The notes: generated by a model not told the origin, from the sequence alone. Shown: positions 47,670-59,131, numbered from the stretch's first letter. The stretch: 64,000 bases of DNA from Bdellovibrio sp. (GCA_036676395.1 JAKFCY010000002.1:1664001-1728000), one strand, 5' to 3'. Translations and numbers: made by a program.

Positions 47670-49106
47670 ATGAACGCAAAATTGTCAGTCTTGGCCTTAA
47701 TAGTACTTGTCGTATCTTTACCAGCTTTATCTGGCCAGCCCCGTGGACAGGTTTTTTCATTTAAAAGCCCCTTAGGACAAACTGAACAATGTATCAATTT
47801 AGATCACATTCCTGAAGGCACTTTTTCTAAAAAAGACTTAAAAAAAGAATCTGAATTGTGCGCCATAGATTTTTACGCATCAGCAATTGCTCTATGCCCT
47901 AAAACTTGGGGCACATCTCCAGCCCTTATTCTTTACCCTAACGATTCAGGTTTAAGCTCTGAAAATTTTGAAGCTAAAAACTGTCTTAAAGGTGATGAAC
48001 CAAAAGGAACAGAAATTCCTATCGAAAAAATCGCTAAGATTAAATTTTCTATGAACGATGCTTCGACAAGTGCTACTTATTCACGGGCATCCTTTTTATA
48101 TTACCAGCTGGCACGCTATTTTGATGTGTCGGTGGATGTACCTGTAGCAGTTTACCGCTCAATGGACAAAACGGTTCATTACAATAGAATTACTTCAAAA
48201 GTAAAAGATAACGGCAAAAAAAATGGAGCCGCCTGGAAAATTTTTGCCCAAGCTGAAAAAAATCCTTCCAGCTATAAATTTACTGATGAGTTATTTACTG
48301 ATGATCGTCAGCAAATTTTTGGTGCGCTACTTGATGGGGGTGGCGATAAATATACGACTGACTTTAATGGTCTGCGCAGCAAGTGGGGTTTGGTGCAAAC
48401 TCAGGAATTTATGAACACGGCGCCATTTCAGGCTTTACGTTCTGAATTGAATCTGCAACAAGCCATCACTCAAGGCGAAAAACTAGCGCGCGCAAATTCA
48501 AGAATGAACACAGACTTAGGCAGCTCTCTTTCTCCCGCGCAAATGATCACATGGATGAAAGAAATTTCTGAAATTACTTTATTAGATCACTTATTAGGTC
48601 AACAGGACCGCGTCGGCAATATTCATTACAAATGGCACTGGGTTTGGGTGCAAAACGGCCTTGTTGAATCTAAAAAAGCTGATCTCAAAGATCAACCGCG
48701 CCCAAATGTGATTGGTAAAATCAAGCCGCCGGCAGAGCTTGCGGCATTTAACCCGATCTTAATTCAAAAAACTAAAATTGTTGATAACGATGCGGCCCTA
48801 AAAACAAATTATAAAAGTTTTGGCAAAGTGGCTGGGCATTTAGTTTCGTTACGCCATTACAATGCTAAAATTTATCAAAAACTAATGGCACTTGATCATG
48901 ATTTTAAAGCCAAAGGCCCAATCTACAGTTATATTGCCAACACCTTTAACTTAACAGCTTCTGAAGTTGCGCAGCTGGTAGCTAACACTCAAGATGCCGC
49001 TAACATCTTAAGATCAACGTGCAAAGCCGGTAAATTACAATTTGATTTAAAACCAGAAAAATTTATTCTGGGCCAACCAACGACGGACACGGTTTCTTGC
49101 GATTAG
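47670..49106 (+). CDS. Exported protein with atypical kinase-like (Fam20/Four-jointed/PI3K-like) motifs
   Basis: Signal peptide; [46 protein letters not shown]. Confidence 0.6.
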   Translation: MNAKLSVLALIVLVVSLPALSGQPRGQVFSFKSPLGQTEQCINLDHIPEGTFSKKDLKKESELCAIDFYASAIALCPKTWGTSPALILYPNDSGLSSENFEAKNCLKGDEPKGTEIPIEKIAKIKFSMNDASTSATYSRASFLYYQLARYFDVSVDVPVAVYRSMDKTVHYNRITSKVKDNGKKNGAAWKIFAQAEKNPSSYKFTDELFTDDRQQIFGALLDGGGDKYTTDFNGLRSKWGLVQTQEFMNTAPFQALRSELNLQQAITQGEKLARANSRMNTDLGSSLSPAQMITWMKEISEITLLDHLLGQQDRVGNIHYKWHWVWVQNGLVESKKADLKDQPRPNVIGKIKPPAELAAFNPILIQKTKIVDNDAALKTNYKSFGKVAGHLVSLRHYNAKIYQKLMALDHDFKAKGPIYSYIANTFNLTASEVAQLVANTQDAANILRSTCKAGKLQFDLKPEKFILGQPTTDTVSCD

Positions 49107-49149
49107 GCCAAGACTTGACTTAAGCGGGCCTGGCAAGCCACGCTTAGTT

Positions 49150-50616
49150 ATGAGCGATTTTTATCAAAACGGACCAGAACTTTCGAACACATTTACCTCT
49201 GATAATTACTTAAAAACATTTTTCGAAAAAAATGTTCCCAAAGAGTATCATAAATCTATTTTTGAACATTTAACTCATGTGGGGAACGAAGCCAGCAGCA
49301 CCTGGCTTGAGTGGGCTGCAAATGCAGAAAGTCATCCACCAAAACATGTGCCTTATTCACCCTGGGGTAAACGCATTGATGTGATTGAAACTTCTGACGG
49401 CTGGAAAAATTTAGAAAAAGCTGCAGCCACTGAAGGTATCGTAGCTACAGCATATGAACGTAAACAAAAAGAATTTTCGCGCTATTATCAGATGGCTTTA
49501 TTATACCTTTATTCACCATCGAGTGCTTTTTATTCTTGTCCGCTGGCGATGACTGATGGTGCAGCCCGTGCGCTTGAACTTTATGGCGACCCGGATTTAA
49601 AAGATAAAGCTTTTAAAAATTTAATATCACGCGACCCGAAAACTTTTTGGACATCAGGCCAATGGATGACCGAACGCACTGGCGGTTCTGATGTCAGCAT
49701 GACCAGCACCGTAGCTAAAAAACTGGATGCGAAAAATTTTACGTTATCAGGAACTAAGTGGTTCACATCGGCTACAACTTCACAAATGACTTTAACTTTA
49801 GCCCGTCCTGAAGGAGCCGCTGAAGGCAATAAAGGTTTATCGTTATTTTATTTAGAATTACGTGACCAAAAAAATCAGTTAAATAATATCGAAGTGCACA
49901 GACTCAAAGATAAACTTGGAACAAAAGCCCTACCGACGGCTGAATTAACATTGCACGCAACTCCGGCACGTCTTATTGGCGGTGAAGGTGACGGCGTAAA
50001 AAAAATTGCCAGCGTTTTAAATATCACGCGCGTTTACAATTCAATCTGCGCGCTTGGCCATTCACGCCGCGCTTTAGATTTAGCCTGGGATTACGCAAAA
50101 AAACGTAAAGCTTTTGGCGCCGCTATTCTTGATCACCCGCTACATAAATTAACTTTGCAGCGTTTAGAAGATGATTTTAAAAAATGTTTTGATCTGACAT
50201 TTTTTGTTGTTGGCCTGCTTGGTAAAGAAGAATGTGGCACCGCCGTTGAGTTAGATAAAAAATTACTACGCGCTTTAACTCCGATTTTAAAACTATATAC
50301 CGCAAAAAAATCTATTCTGATTTCAAGTGAAGTTTTAGAATCTTTTGGCGGAGCCGGCTATATTGAAGACACAGGACTTCCGCGTTTGCTGCGTGATGCC
50401 CAGGTGTTTGCTATCTGGGAAGGCACGACAAATGTGCTTGCGATGGATTTCTTACGCGTTTGTGAAAAAGAAGACGGAGTTGCGGCGTTAGGTGAATTTT
50501 TGAAGAAAAAAGGTTCAACTAAAGTCGGCCTTTTAATGGATCCAAAATGGAAAGACACGGCTAATGCACGTGATTTAGTTTTTTTAGTCGCAGAGCTAGT
50601 GGCCGAAGTTTTATAA
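49150..50616 (+). CDS. Acyl-CoA dehydrogenase (AidB/ACAD11-like)
   Basis: [53 protein letters not shown]. Confidence 0.93.
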   Translation: MSDFYQNGPELSNTFTSDNYLKTFFEKNVPKEYHKSIFEHLTHVGNEASSTWLEWAANAESHPPKHVPYSPWGKRIDVIETSDGWKNLEKAAATEGIVATAYERKQKEFSRYYQMALLYLYSPSSAFYSCPLAMTDGAARALELYGDPDLKDKAFKNLISRDPKTFWTSGQWMTERTGGSDVSMTSTVAKKLDAKNFTLSGTKWFTSATTSQMTLTLARPEGAAEGNKGLSLFYLELRDQKNQLNNIEVHRLKDKLGTKALPTAELTLHATPARLIGGEGDGVKKIASVLNITRVYNSICALGHSRRALDLAWDYAKKRKAFGAAILDHPLHKLTLQRLEDDFKKCFDLTFFVVGLLGKEECGTAVELDKKLLRALTPILKLYTAKKSILISSEVLESFGGAGYIEDTGLPRLLRDAQVFAIWEGTTNVLAMDFLRVCEKEDGVAALGEFLKKKGSTKVGLLMDPKWKDTANARDLVFLVAELVAEVL

Positions 50617-50617
50617 A

Positions 50618-51655
50618 TTAATCAATCACGAGCACAATTTTACCAACGGTCGCGCCTGATTCAAGGGCTTTGTGGGCTAAGCCCACTTCACTAAATTTAA
50701 ACGTTGTGGTTTTTAGCGGTTTAATTTTTTTCTCGAGAGCTAAGCGCATAAGATCAGTCATGGCTTCGATAGCTAAATCTTGGCGCGCAAATAAGAACGA
50801 TAAATTAAAGCCAATTACCGCTTTATTATCAGTGATCAATTGCAGCGGACTAAATCGCGGCGATTTGATTAATCCAACTAAGGCTTTGAAATAATTAACT
50901 CGGCCAGATCCGCCTTTGGGCATCAATGAATGAGCACCGTAAGTTATAATTTTTCCGACCGCACGCAAATGGTTGTAGCCATCTTTTAGTGTCGTATACC
51001 CGTTCGCATCAAAAATAACATCATAACCATCAGGACAAACTTTTTTAGCCTCAATCCACAAATCTTGGTTAGATTTATCAATCACAAAATCAGCTCCAAG
51101 ATTTTTCACATCCTGGACTTTATGCGAAGACCCCACAACGCCTGTTACTTTAAAATTAAAAGCTTTTGCGAGTTGCACGAGCGCTGAACCTACACCGCCG
51201 GCTGCCGAATGCACTAACACATGCGAAGCGGGATATATTTTTACTAGTTGAAAAAGGGCATGATAGGCGGTGAAAAAAACTGTGGGAAAACCAGCCGCCT
51301 CGATTAAAGAAAATCCGGCTGGTATGTGGAATAATTGATTTTCTTTCACTTTAACTTCTGAAGCGTAAGCGTTGAATAAAGTGATACCGACGACTTCATC
51401 ACCGACTTTAAAACGAGATACGTTTTTACCGATTGATTTAACAATGCCAGAAAATTCAAATCCAGGTGTAATTGGCCAACCAACATATTTTTTTGCCGAT
51501 TCATAAACACCAAAACGAACTAAACAATCCGCATAATTCACACCAACAGCTTTCACATCTACGATAATTGAATTATCGCTTGCTGATAAATCCGGAAAAT
51601 TTTGAATCGTTAATTTGTCGTAACCACCAGGGCTTGAAATAACTACTTTTTTCAA
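50618..51655 (-). CDS. MDR-family NADPH:quinone oxidoreductase (VAT-1-like)
   Basis: GVNYAD, TPGFEFSG, VHSAAGGVG, GKIVL. Confidence 0.9.
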   Translation of the reverse strand: MKKVVISSPGGYDKLTIQNFPDLSASDNSIIVDVKAVGVNYADCLVRFGVYESAKKYVGWPITPGFEFSGIVKSIGKNVSRFKVGDEVVGITLFNAYASEVKVKENQLFHIPAGFSLIEAAGFPTVFFTAYHALFQLVKIYPASHVLVHSAAGGVGSALVQLAKAFNFKVTGVVGSSHKVQDVKNLGADFVIDKSNQDLWIEAKKVCPDGYDVIFDANGYTTLKDGYNHLRAVGKIITYGAHSLMPKGGSGRVNYFKALVGLIKSPRFSPLQLITDNKAVIGFNLSFLFARQDLAIEAMTDLMRLALEKKIKPLKTTTFKFSEVGLAHKALESGATVGKIVLVID

Positions 51656-51657
51656 TT

Positions 51658-52176
51658 TTAAAACGCAATCCAGATAACAAAATAAGGATCAATGCGATCA
51701 TCAACGTAAGCAGGATCTAAATCTATGCCGTTCACTTTAGTGTATTTAAAAGTTTTTTTACTTAACTGCGGTGCGATTGAGATTTTATCTAAGGCGAAAC
51801 GAAAACCTACGTCTAATTGGGTGCCTGTTCCTTCGAAGCCACCAGTCATTGTCGGATTAATAAAGTATGTTCCTAAAAAGTAAAACCCTTGGGTTTTACT
51901 TTTCATGTAACCTATCGTTGGACCAATGCCTGTTCGACTTAAAGTTTGGGTAGACTGATCATATTTTTCTGAACCGTACATGCCACCTAAAGAAAATCCA
52001 TTATTAAATAAGTGCCCTGCTCCAAAATCAATTAAAGTTCGAGACGTTTCAACTGCTGAACCTTCAGAACCAATTTTATCACTCATGTACATGAAGGCGA
52101 TGCGGGTATAGCCGCCAGCTAAAGCATTAACCGGAATTAAGAATAAAACGACTAGTATTAAATTTTTAAAAGACAT
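51658..52176 (-). CDS. Outer-membrane beta-barrel protein
   Basis: ALA signal peptide, terminal Phe; pattern resembles 7345-7944. Confidence 0.75.
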   Translation of the reverse strand: MSFKNLILVVLFLIPVNALAGGYTRIAFMYMSDKIGSEGSAVETSRTLIDFGAGHLFNNGFSLGGMYGSEKYDQSTQTLSRTGIGPTIGYMKSKTQGFYFLGTYFINPTMTGGFEGTGTQLDVGFRFALDKISIAPQLSKKTFKYTKVNGIDLDPAYVDDRIDPYFVIWIAF

Positions 52177-52195
52177 TTAAAAATTGTATGCAGTT

Positions 52196-52930
52196 TTATT
52201 TAATAAACAAGCTGTAAATGGCCATTAATATCATCAATACGTTTTCAGCCACTGTGACCCACGATAATGGCAGGTTAAAGCCAGCCCCTAAACAGGCACA
52301 TTGAATCTGATTTTTAGCGGTAATAGTCTTGATCACTCCAAGAGTCGTAGCACTTAAGACCAAAATAGTTAAAAAATTAGCCCAAGCTATACCAAGTCCA
52401 GATATAAACATCAGCCCTAAAGCTAATTCAATAAAGGGATATAATTTTCCATATCCCCGCAACGTTTTTGCGATGGGGTCATACTGAGAAAAAGCTGTGC
52501 TGAAAGCTTGCAGATTTAAAAATTTAAAAAAGGATAAACCAATAAAAAAACCAGCCATCAAATGGCGCATAAAAAGAGTGCCGGAAAACCGAGGCTGACT
52601 GACTTGATACGCCAAACTGACAAGTAAGATAAAGATAAAAACCACAATCAGGGGCTGATAAGTTTTTACAAACGAGTCTTTAATCTGAACTTCTGAAGAA
52701 CCATCACTTTGATTTTCATCATAGTAATCGGCAGAATACTTCGGCAGATCTTCTAAGGCCATGCGAAGCTGTAATAATGAAACAGGCTCGACAGAATCGA
52801 TATCAATTTTTTTAGTGTTAAGATCAACTTTGACCGAAGCGACACCAGGAAGCTGAGCCACTTTTTGCGTGATTTTTTCTACGCAAGAATTACAAGTCAT
52901 GCCGTTGATTTTATAGGTTTGCATCATCAT
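52196..52930 (-). CDS. HMA domain plus MauE/DoxX-like membrane protein
   Basis: GMTCNSC; FFKFLNL, YPFIE, IQCACLG...EN. Confidence 0.88.
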   Translation of the reverse strand: MMMQTYKINGMTCNSCVEKITQKVAQLPGVASVKVDLNTKKIDIDSVEPVSLLQLRMALEDLPKYSADYYDENQSDGSSEVQIKDSFVKTYQPLIVVFIFILLVSLAYQVSQPRFSGTLFMRHLMAGFFIGLSFFKFLNLQAFSTAFSQYDPIAKTLRGYGKLYPFIELALGLMFISGLGIAWANFLTILVLSATTLGVIKTITAKNQIQCACLGAGFNLPLSWVTVAENVLMILMAIYSLFIK

Positions 52931-53045
52931 ACCTTAATACTAGGATACCTAAAGCAAATCTGTGACTAAATAATTTAATTTAAACAGGACATCGTTTTTT
53001 TCATTTGATTGACAACTTATTAGGCGATCTTATACAAGGGGTCCT

Positions 53046-53930
53046 ATGTCAGCGCTTGCACCCTATTTGCATCAATGGATCGATCGTTTTCTTGTGCCCA
53101 TTGATGATCCGACTTCAAGACTATTTCACTTGAATCTATTATTCTGCGTGGGCTTTGTTTTTTTATGGGCTTTGCTGATCAAAAAAAGAGCCCTAAAAAA
53201 AGTGCTTCGCTGGAATTACGTTCGTTTACTATTTTTCTCTAAAAACTACTGGTGGAACAAATCCAGCAAAACTGATTATAAGATCTACACCTTAAATTCG
53301 TTATTAAAAATTTTTATTTTTATTCCTTTTTTAGATGGCACCTTCCATATCTCGATGTTTCTGATACGCAGGTTACAAGATATTTTTTCGGATTATTCAG
53401 CCTTAGCCGTCACCACGCAGAGTCTGTTTTTTTTCACACTGGCATTTTTTATTTTCGACGACTTTATTCGTTTTATTCATCACTATTTTATGCATCGTAT
53501 TCCCTGGTTATGGAAATTTCACGCCATTCACCATTCAGCAACAACACTGACACCCATTACTCTTTACCGCACGCACCCCGTTGAGTCTGCCATCGCCACG
53601 GTTCGTAACAGCTTGAGCTTAGGCTTGGCCACGGGTGTTTTTGTATTTTTATTTCAATCACAGTTAACCATGACGACACTTTTGGGTGTTAATTTTTTTG
53701 GTTTTGCTTTTAACCTGCTTGGAAGCAATTTGCGCCATAGCCATATTGATTTTTCTTTTGGCCCGCTTGAAAGAATTTTTGTTAGCCCCAAACAACATCA
53801 AATACATCACTCAGATAACCCTATCCACTTTGACAGTAACTTTGGTGTTTCACTGTCTATTTGGGATCAGTGGTTTAAAACATACATCTCGTCTAATAAG
53901 GTGAAAAAAATACGCTTTGGCCTAGGCTAA
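53046..53930 (+). CDS. Sterol desaturase / fatty acid hydroxylase family protein
   Basis: His boxes HHYFMH, FHAIHHS, NLRHSH, HQIHH. Confidence 0.9.
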   Translation: MSALAPYLHQWIDRFLVPIDDPTSRLFHLNLLFCVGFVFLWALLIKKRALKKVLRWNYVRLLFFSKNYWWNKSSKTDYKIYTLNSLLKIFIFIPFLDGTFHISMFLIRRLQDIFSDYSALAVTTQSLFFFTLAFFIFDDFIRFIHHYFMHRIPWLWKFHAIHHSATTLTPITLYRTHPVESAIATVRNSLSLGLATGVFVFLFQSQLTMTTLLGVNFFGFAFNLLGSNLRHSHIDFSFGPLERIFVSPKQHQIHHSDNPIHFDSNFGVSLSIWDQWFKTYISSNKVKKIRFGLG

Positions 53931-54062
53931 GTTTCATTTCATTTTCATCTAGCTATCAGAATGCTTTCAAACACCTGATAAATGCAGTTAATGGTGTCGC
54001 TTTTTACATTCTCCCTCTAATAGAAGAGCGTCCATTCAAACAACGACTAAACAGGAGACTCT

Positions 54063-55043
54063 ATGAAAAAGGCTTTCTTAATCGCCGCATTACTTTGCAC
54101 GCAATCAGCTTTCGCTGATTTAACAATCTACACTGACCGTGTAACAGCTAACTTACAACCGATTGCCAACGCATTCACAGCTCGCACTGGCGAGAAAGTG
54201 ACTATCGTTGAATTAGCCTACCCAGCATTAAAAGCCCGCATCGAAAGCGAAAAAGAAACTTCTCCTGCTGATTTGATCTTCGTAAAAGATTTAATCTACT
54301 TAAACGAACTTTCTAATTTAGGTCATTTCAAACCTTTCGCAGCAGATCTTGCAGCTTCGGTTCCAGAACAAATGCGCAGCAGCTCTAATCTTTGGACGGC
54401 AATTTCTTTTCGCGTAAGATCGCTTGTTTACAACGCGACTTCTGTAAACCCGAACGAAATCCAATCGTACGAAGATTTAGCGACGGCTAAATGGGCTGGC
54501 CGAGTTTGTGTAAGATCTGGAAGCCATGCTTACAACCAAGCTTTAGTTTCTTCATTTGTTCACAATATGGGTGCAGAAAAAACTACTTCGTTTTTAACTT
54601 CATTATTAGAAAATTTATCGGTTGATCCGATGTCTAGCGACCGTGCGGTTATTGATGCGATCGCATCAGGTGTATGTGATGTTGGTTTTGTGAATCACTA
54701 CTATTTAGCTCCATATGTTGCTGCAAACCCAGCCTTCGTTGTTAAAATGGCTTTCTTAAACCAGGGTTCAACGGGCGTACACACAAACGGAGCCGGAATC
54801 GGTATCTACAAAGCTTCAAAAAACCAGGCTTCAGCTGAACAATTTATTTCGTTGTTATTAGAAGACCAAACACAATTAGACTGGTCTGCCAATCATTACG
54901 ACTACCCAGCTAAAGCTAACTTAATCCCGTCTACTTTAATCAAAGACTGGGGTATGTTTAAAACTGAACAAGCTTCTTGGGAGACTTTAGGAAAAAGCTT
55001 ACCCGCTGCTTTAAAAATTATTTCTGATGTTCAGTACAAATAA
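54063..55043 (+). CDS. Fe(III) ABC substrate-binding protein (FutA/FbpA-like)
   Basis: SPADL, VCVRSGSHAYN, CDVGFVNHYY Tyr pair, GVHTN. Confidence 0.85.
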   Translation: MKKAFLIAALLCTQSAFADLTIYTDRVTANLQPIANAFTARTGEKVTIVELAYPALKARIESEKETSPADLIFVKDLIYLNELSNLGHFKPFAADLAASVPEQMRSSSNLWTAISFRVRSLVYNATSVNPNEIQSYEDLATAKWAGRVCVRSGSHAYNQALVSSFVHNMGAEKTTSFLTSLLENLSVDPMSSDRAVIDAIASGVCDVGFVNHYYLAPYVAANPAFVVKMAFLNQGSTGVHTNGAGIGIYKASKNQASAEQFISLLLEDQTQLDWSANHYDYPAKANLIPSTLIKDWGMFKTEQASWETLGKSLPAALKIISDVQYK

Positions 55044-55626
55044 GTTTAATTTATACATTCTGACTTCCCTGACGGCGCACATAATCTGTGCGTCGTTTTT
55101 GCTTTTGCAAAAAGGCGGTTTTCAGCAAGTAAATAATGATATTACTGAAATGGTGAATATTGTTATTCATCAATCAAGCAAACCATTTACGAATCCACAC
55201 CGTCCCGAAAAAGTAAAACCACAACCTGCGATTGCAAACACAGATAAAAACTCAATCGCCACCGAAGAAAAGACTGTGGCAACAAGCATGGCATCTGCGC
55301 CATCCAGCGACGGCGGCCAAATCGGCCGTTTAGCTAAAACTACTGAAGAAATTTACATCGCAGAGCTAAAATACGATCTTGAAAAAAGAAAAAAATATCC
55401 CGTTATGGCTAGAAAAATGGGTCACACTGGCCGCGTGACTATTAAATTTATTATCGATCGCCAGGGCAAAATTATTCAAAGCGAAATTTTAGAACCCTCG
55501 CAACATGTTAGCCTAAATGATTCTGTTAAAAAATTACTCAGTGAAACTAAAAACTTTAAACCCTTACCTGAAGAAATTCAGCGCGCGACCTGGCAATTTA
55601 TTTTGCCCGTTGAATTTAAACTATAG
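55027..55626 (+). CDS. tonB: TonB energy transducer
   Basis: SLTAH TM motif; YPVMARKMGHTGRV, LPVEFKL. Confidence 0.85.
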   Translation: MFSTNKFNLYILTSLTAHIICASFLLLQKGGFQQVNNDITEMVNIVIHQSSKPFTNPHRPEKVKPQPAIANTDKNSIATEEKTVATSMASAPSSDGGQIGRLAKTTEEIYIAELKYDLEKRKKYPVMARKMGHTGRVTIKFIIDRQGKIIQSEILEPSQHVSLNDSVKKLLSETKNFKPLPEEIQRATWQFILPVEFKL

Positions 55627-55647
55627 CGATTTACAAAAGGAGATTTT

Positions 55648-56949
55648 ATGCCTGTTAAAAAATCAATGATTATTCTGTTAGCGCTAGCACTTACTCTTAC
55701 CGCTTGCAGTGATTTTTTTAATAAAAAAACTCAAGCTATAGCAAAAGCACAAGATCAAACCGGGCAAAATGAAAAACCTGACATTAATCCTTTTCCTGGT
55801 GCTTTTGAAGAGCCTACTGTCGGTCTGTTTTCAGAAGAAAAATTACTTCTTAATACGGGCCTGAATGTCATTGCTCCAATCACCGAAAACTTTGCCCAAG
55901 AAATGCAGATTTTTTCTCTTCGTTTGCAACAGGCTTGCCGCACGACCGGAACACTTACCCCGGCGCTTGTTCAGCAATGGGAACAGGTCGTCATCAGTTT
56001 TCACAAAGTGGATGCTTTATCACTAGGGCCAATCCTTGAAATCAATCCAGACACAAAACTAGATATTAAATCAAGACTCTACAGCTGGCCGGTGACAAAC
56101 TTATGCCGCACCGACAAGGCCGTTTACGATATTTCAATGACTGGTCAAATTTCTGAAGCTCTACCTTACAATTCGCAAGGCCTAGATGCTCTTGAATATT
56201 TGCTGTTTGCTAGCACTGATTCAGTAAAATGTAATTTAAAAGCCAACCCGCAGCTTAAAGACTGGCTGGCTTTACCACAAGCTACAAAAATTAAAAATCG
56301 CTGTGACATGGCCGCACTTTTAGCTTCAGACTTATCAGAATTATCTTTAACTTTAAAAAATAGATGGGATCGCCAAAAAGGCAATTACTCTAAAACTTTG
56401 GTGGATGGCTCTAAATACGCAAACCATAAAGTAGCTATCAACGAAATTACAAATGCCTTATATGCTTTAGAAACTGTGAAAGATATCCGTCTAGGCGTGC
56501 CTACTGGCAAAAATAAAAAAGAATGTACAACTGGTAAATGCCCTGAACGCACTGAACATGTTTATTCGAATCAGGCTTTTACGGCTATTCAAGCCCGCCT
56601 TGAAATATTTAAATTAGGATTTTTTGGTGGCGCTCCTGAATCCCTAAATTCATTTGGTATTGATGATTACTTAAAATTAGCTGGCCATGCTGAAATTGCA
56701 GAAAAAATTAATCGTTACATCATTCGGGCTGAAGTTAATTTAGCGGCGCTTAAAGCACAGGGTGACTTACAAACACTTGCGGCCAATATTGACCCCGCAC
56801 AATGCAGTGCTTCGACCGCAGATAACCGCGGTGAAGAGCTTTGCAGCCTATACGAAGATATTCGCGCGATCACAACGACTATGAAAACCGAAGTACTTGT
56901 TGCGCTATCGCTAAATGCTCCACCGATTTACCAAGGTGATAACGACTAA
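55648..56949 (+). CDS. Imelysin-family lipoprotein
   Basis: LTAC lipobox; YSWP, QGLDALEYLLF, C-terminal GDND. Confidence 0.85.
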   Translation: MPVKKSMIILLALALTLTACSDFFNKKTQAIAKAQDQTGQNEKPDINPFPGAFEEPTVGLFSEEKLLLNTGLNVIAPITENFAQEMQIFSLRLQQACRTTGTLTPALVQQWEQVVISFHKVDALSLGPILEINPDTKLDIKSRLYSWPVTNLCRTDKAVYDISMTGQISEALPYNSQGLDALEYLLFASTDSVKCNLKANPQLKDWLALPQATKIKNRCDMAALLASDLSELSLTLKNRWDRQKGNYSKTLVDGSKYANHKVAINEITNALYALETVKDIRLGVPTGKNKKECTTGKCPERTEHVYSNQAFTAIQARLEIFKLGFFGGAPESLNSFGIDDYLKLAGHAEIAEKINRYIIRAEVNLAALKAQGDLQTLAANIDPAQCSASTADNRGEELCSLYEDIRAITTTMKTEVLVALSLNAPPIYQGDND

Positions 56950-59123
56950 TGAAAAAGATTTTCTTTTGTCTGTTATTCGGATTTTACAGTAGCCTTGGGT
57001 TTTCGCAAGAAGCGACCAAGCTTTCAACTTTAGAAATTAGCGATGTGATGGTTGATGATATCGATAATGGTTTTTCTTCGAAGAAAATTTCTAAAAGCCG
57101 TTTAAAAAACATCTCAACAACCGATGTCGCACGCGCCTTAAAAGAGTCTCCGGGGGTCTACGTTCGTGAAGAAGACGGTTTAGGTCTTAGACCAAATATC
57201 GGTCTGCGCGGAACAAATCCCGATCGAAGTAAAAAAGTTGTTATTCTGGAAGACAATGTCTTAATTGGCCCAGCCCCCTATTCAGCACCTGCAGCTTATT
57301 ACACACCTTCAATGCTAACCACAGAGTCTTTAGAAGTTTTCAAAGGTTTTACCGCACTTCCGTACGGGCCAAATTCAATTGGTGGTGCTGTTAATTATAA
57401 AACACCAGACTACATCGACATCAATAAAACAACCGCCGATGTCACATTCGGAAGTTATTCAACGCGTGTATTAAAACTTGGCTTAAATCACAAAGTTTCT
57501 GATTACGGCGTGGTTCTTATCTATGGCCGCTCGCAATCTGATGGTTTTAAAGAATTAGATTCAGGCAAAGCAACTGGTTTTAACCAGAATCATGTTCTTT
57601 TAAAAGTTCAGCGCCCTTTTGACATTTCAGGACACACTCATCTTTTTGAAATGCGCTTAGGTTATGGCAATGAAGATTCGCATGAAACTTATTTAGGCCT
57701 GACTGAAACAGATTTTTTAAACAAACCCTACCGTCGCTACAATGCTTCTGAATTAGACCAGATGAAGTGGAATCATAAAAAAATCCAACTTGAACATCTT
57801 ACTGAAATCGGAACAGCTGCAAATATTAAGACTACATTTTACCATCATGAGTTTGCGCGAACTTGGTATCGTTTAGATGGTTTTCGCGACGCTACTAAAA
57901 TTATTCGTAATATTTTAAAAGACCCATCAGGCACAAACCAACCCTTTTATGATGTGCTATCTGCGCGCGAAGATTCAAGCAATGTTGGCGCCAATGCTGA
58001 CTTGTTGATGGCTAATAATGACCGTGAATACTTAAGCCAAGGTTTACAAAGTCAGATCGAAATTAATAATATTTGGTCTGCAGAAATTGAATCTATAACC
58101 CATATTAAGTTTTTGCTTCACCGTGATCAAATTAATCGTCAGCACGATGCAGACTATTATTCAATGACTGGTGGTTCGATGGTTCGCACAGCCGATCAAC
58201 GCATAGCTACAGCCCGCAATAAAGAAAGTGCGCAAGCGATTGCAGTCAGTGCGCAAGATAAAACTCGTCTTGGCCAATTTACTTTACTGCCGCAGTTTCG
58301 TTATGAATCAGTCACTTTTGATTTTGACGATAGTTTAAATAGCCGCAGTAAAAAAAGAACCGATTCGATTTTTATACCAGGTTTTGGTTTAGCTTATGCG
58401 ATCAACGAATCACTGATCACGCGTGTGTCAGCCAATAAAGCCGCTACACTATCAGGCCTTGATTCATTAGGTAAAGAATCTCGCGAAGAAAGTTTAAACA
58501 AAGAAATCTCGGTAGCTTGGCAATCAAAACTACGCCAAGAGCAATTTGAAATTTTATACTTTCATAATGACTATGACAATATTACCGGAACCTGTACGGC
58601 ATCGACTGGGTGTTCAAGCCTGCAACTTGACCAGCAGTATGATGGTGGCCAAGCCCTTATCTCTGGAGTCGAAGCGCGAGCTTCTAAAGGGCTGCAATGG
58701 AACAAGTTTTGGATTCCGTTACAGCTTAACTACACTGTTATTGATAGCCATTTTGCTGATAGTTTTAATTCAACAAATACTGAATGGGGTGTGGGCCAGG
58801 TGAACTCTGGCGACCCTCTGCCTTATGTTCCGCAAACACAAATGACAGCTATTGTTGGCCTTGAAGCTGGGCGCTTAAAACAAAGTTTGATCATCAATCA
58901 TTTCGGAAAAATGTATGATCAAGCCGCAGAAGCAGGTCGTTTAGAAATACCAAGTTATGGGTTAGTCGACTACACCGCTCAATACGCCGCAAGCCAAAAA
59001 CTTAGTTTACGTTTAAAGTTAGATAATATCTTTAATAAACAATATACAGCGGCCATAAAACCTTTTGGCTACCGCCCTGGCAAGCCGTTCACGGCAGCAT
59101 TAGGCTTAACTTACGATTTCTGA
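56949..59123 (+). CDS. TonB-dependent receptor (FecA-like)
   Basis: EEDGLGLRPNIGLRG plug, YGPNSIGGAVN, DNIFNKQY, terminal YDF. Confidence 0.95.
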   Translation: MKKIFFCLLFGFYSSLGFSQEATKLSTLEISDVMVDDIDNGFSSKKISKSRLKNISTTDVARALKESPGVYVREEDGLGLRPNIGLRGTNPDRSKKVVILEDNVLIGPAPYSAPAAYYTPSMLTTESLEVFKGFTALPYGPNSIGGAVNYKTPDYIDINKTTADVTFGSYSTRVLKLGLNHKVSDYGVVLIYGRSQSDGFKELDSGKATGFNQNHVLLKVQRPFDISGHTHLFEMRLGYGNEDSHETYLGLTETDFLNKPYRRYNASELDQMKWNHKKIQLEHLTEIGTAANIKTTFYHHEFARTWYRLDGFRDATKIIRNILKDPSGTNQPFYDVLSAREDSSNVGANADLLMANNDREYLSQGLQSQIEINNIWSAEIESITHIKFLLHRDQINRQHDADYYSMTGGSMVRTADQRIATARNKESAQAIAVSAQDKTRLGQFTLLPQFRYESVTFDFDDSLNSRSKKRTDSIFIPGFGLAYAINESLITRVSANKAATLSGLDSLGKESREESLNKEISVAWQSKLRQEQFEILYFHNDYDNITGTCTASTGCSSLQLDQQYDGGQALISGVEARASKGLQWNKFWIPLQLNYTVIDSHFADSFNSTNTEWGVGQVNSGDPLPYVPQTQMTAIVGLEAGRLKQSLIINHFGKMYDQAAEAGRLEIPSYGLVDYTAQYAASQKLSLRLKLDNIFNKQYTAAIKPFGYRPGKPFTAALGLTYDF

Positions 59124-59131
59124 ATGAAGGC

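Noticed and set aside
53009..53036. Sigma70 promoter (TTGACA-N16-TATACA) or Fur box upstream of the desaturase
   Set aside because: Predicted start would fall at or after the SD, and no convincing 19-bp Fur palindrome was seen
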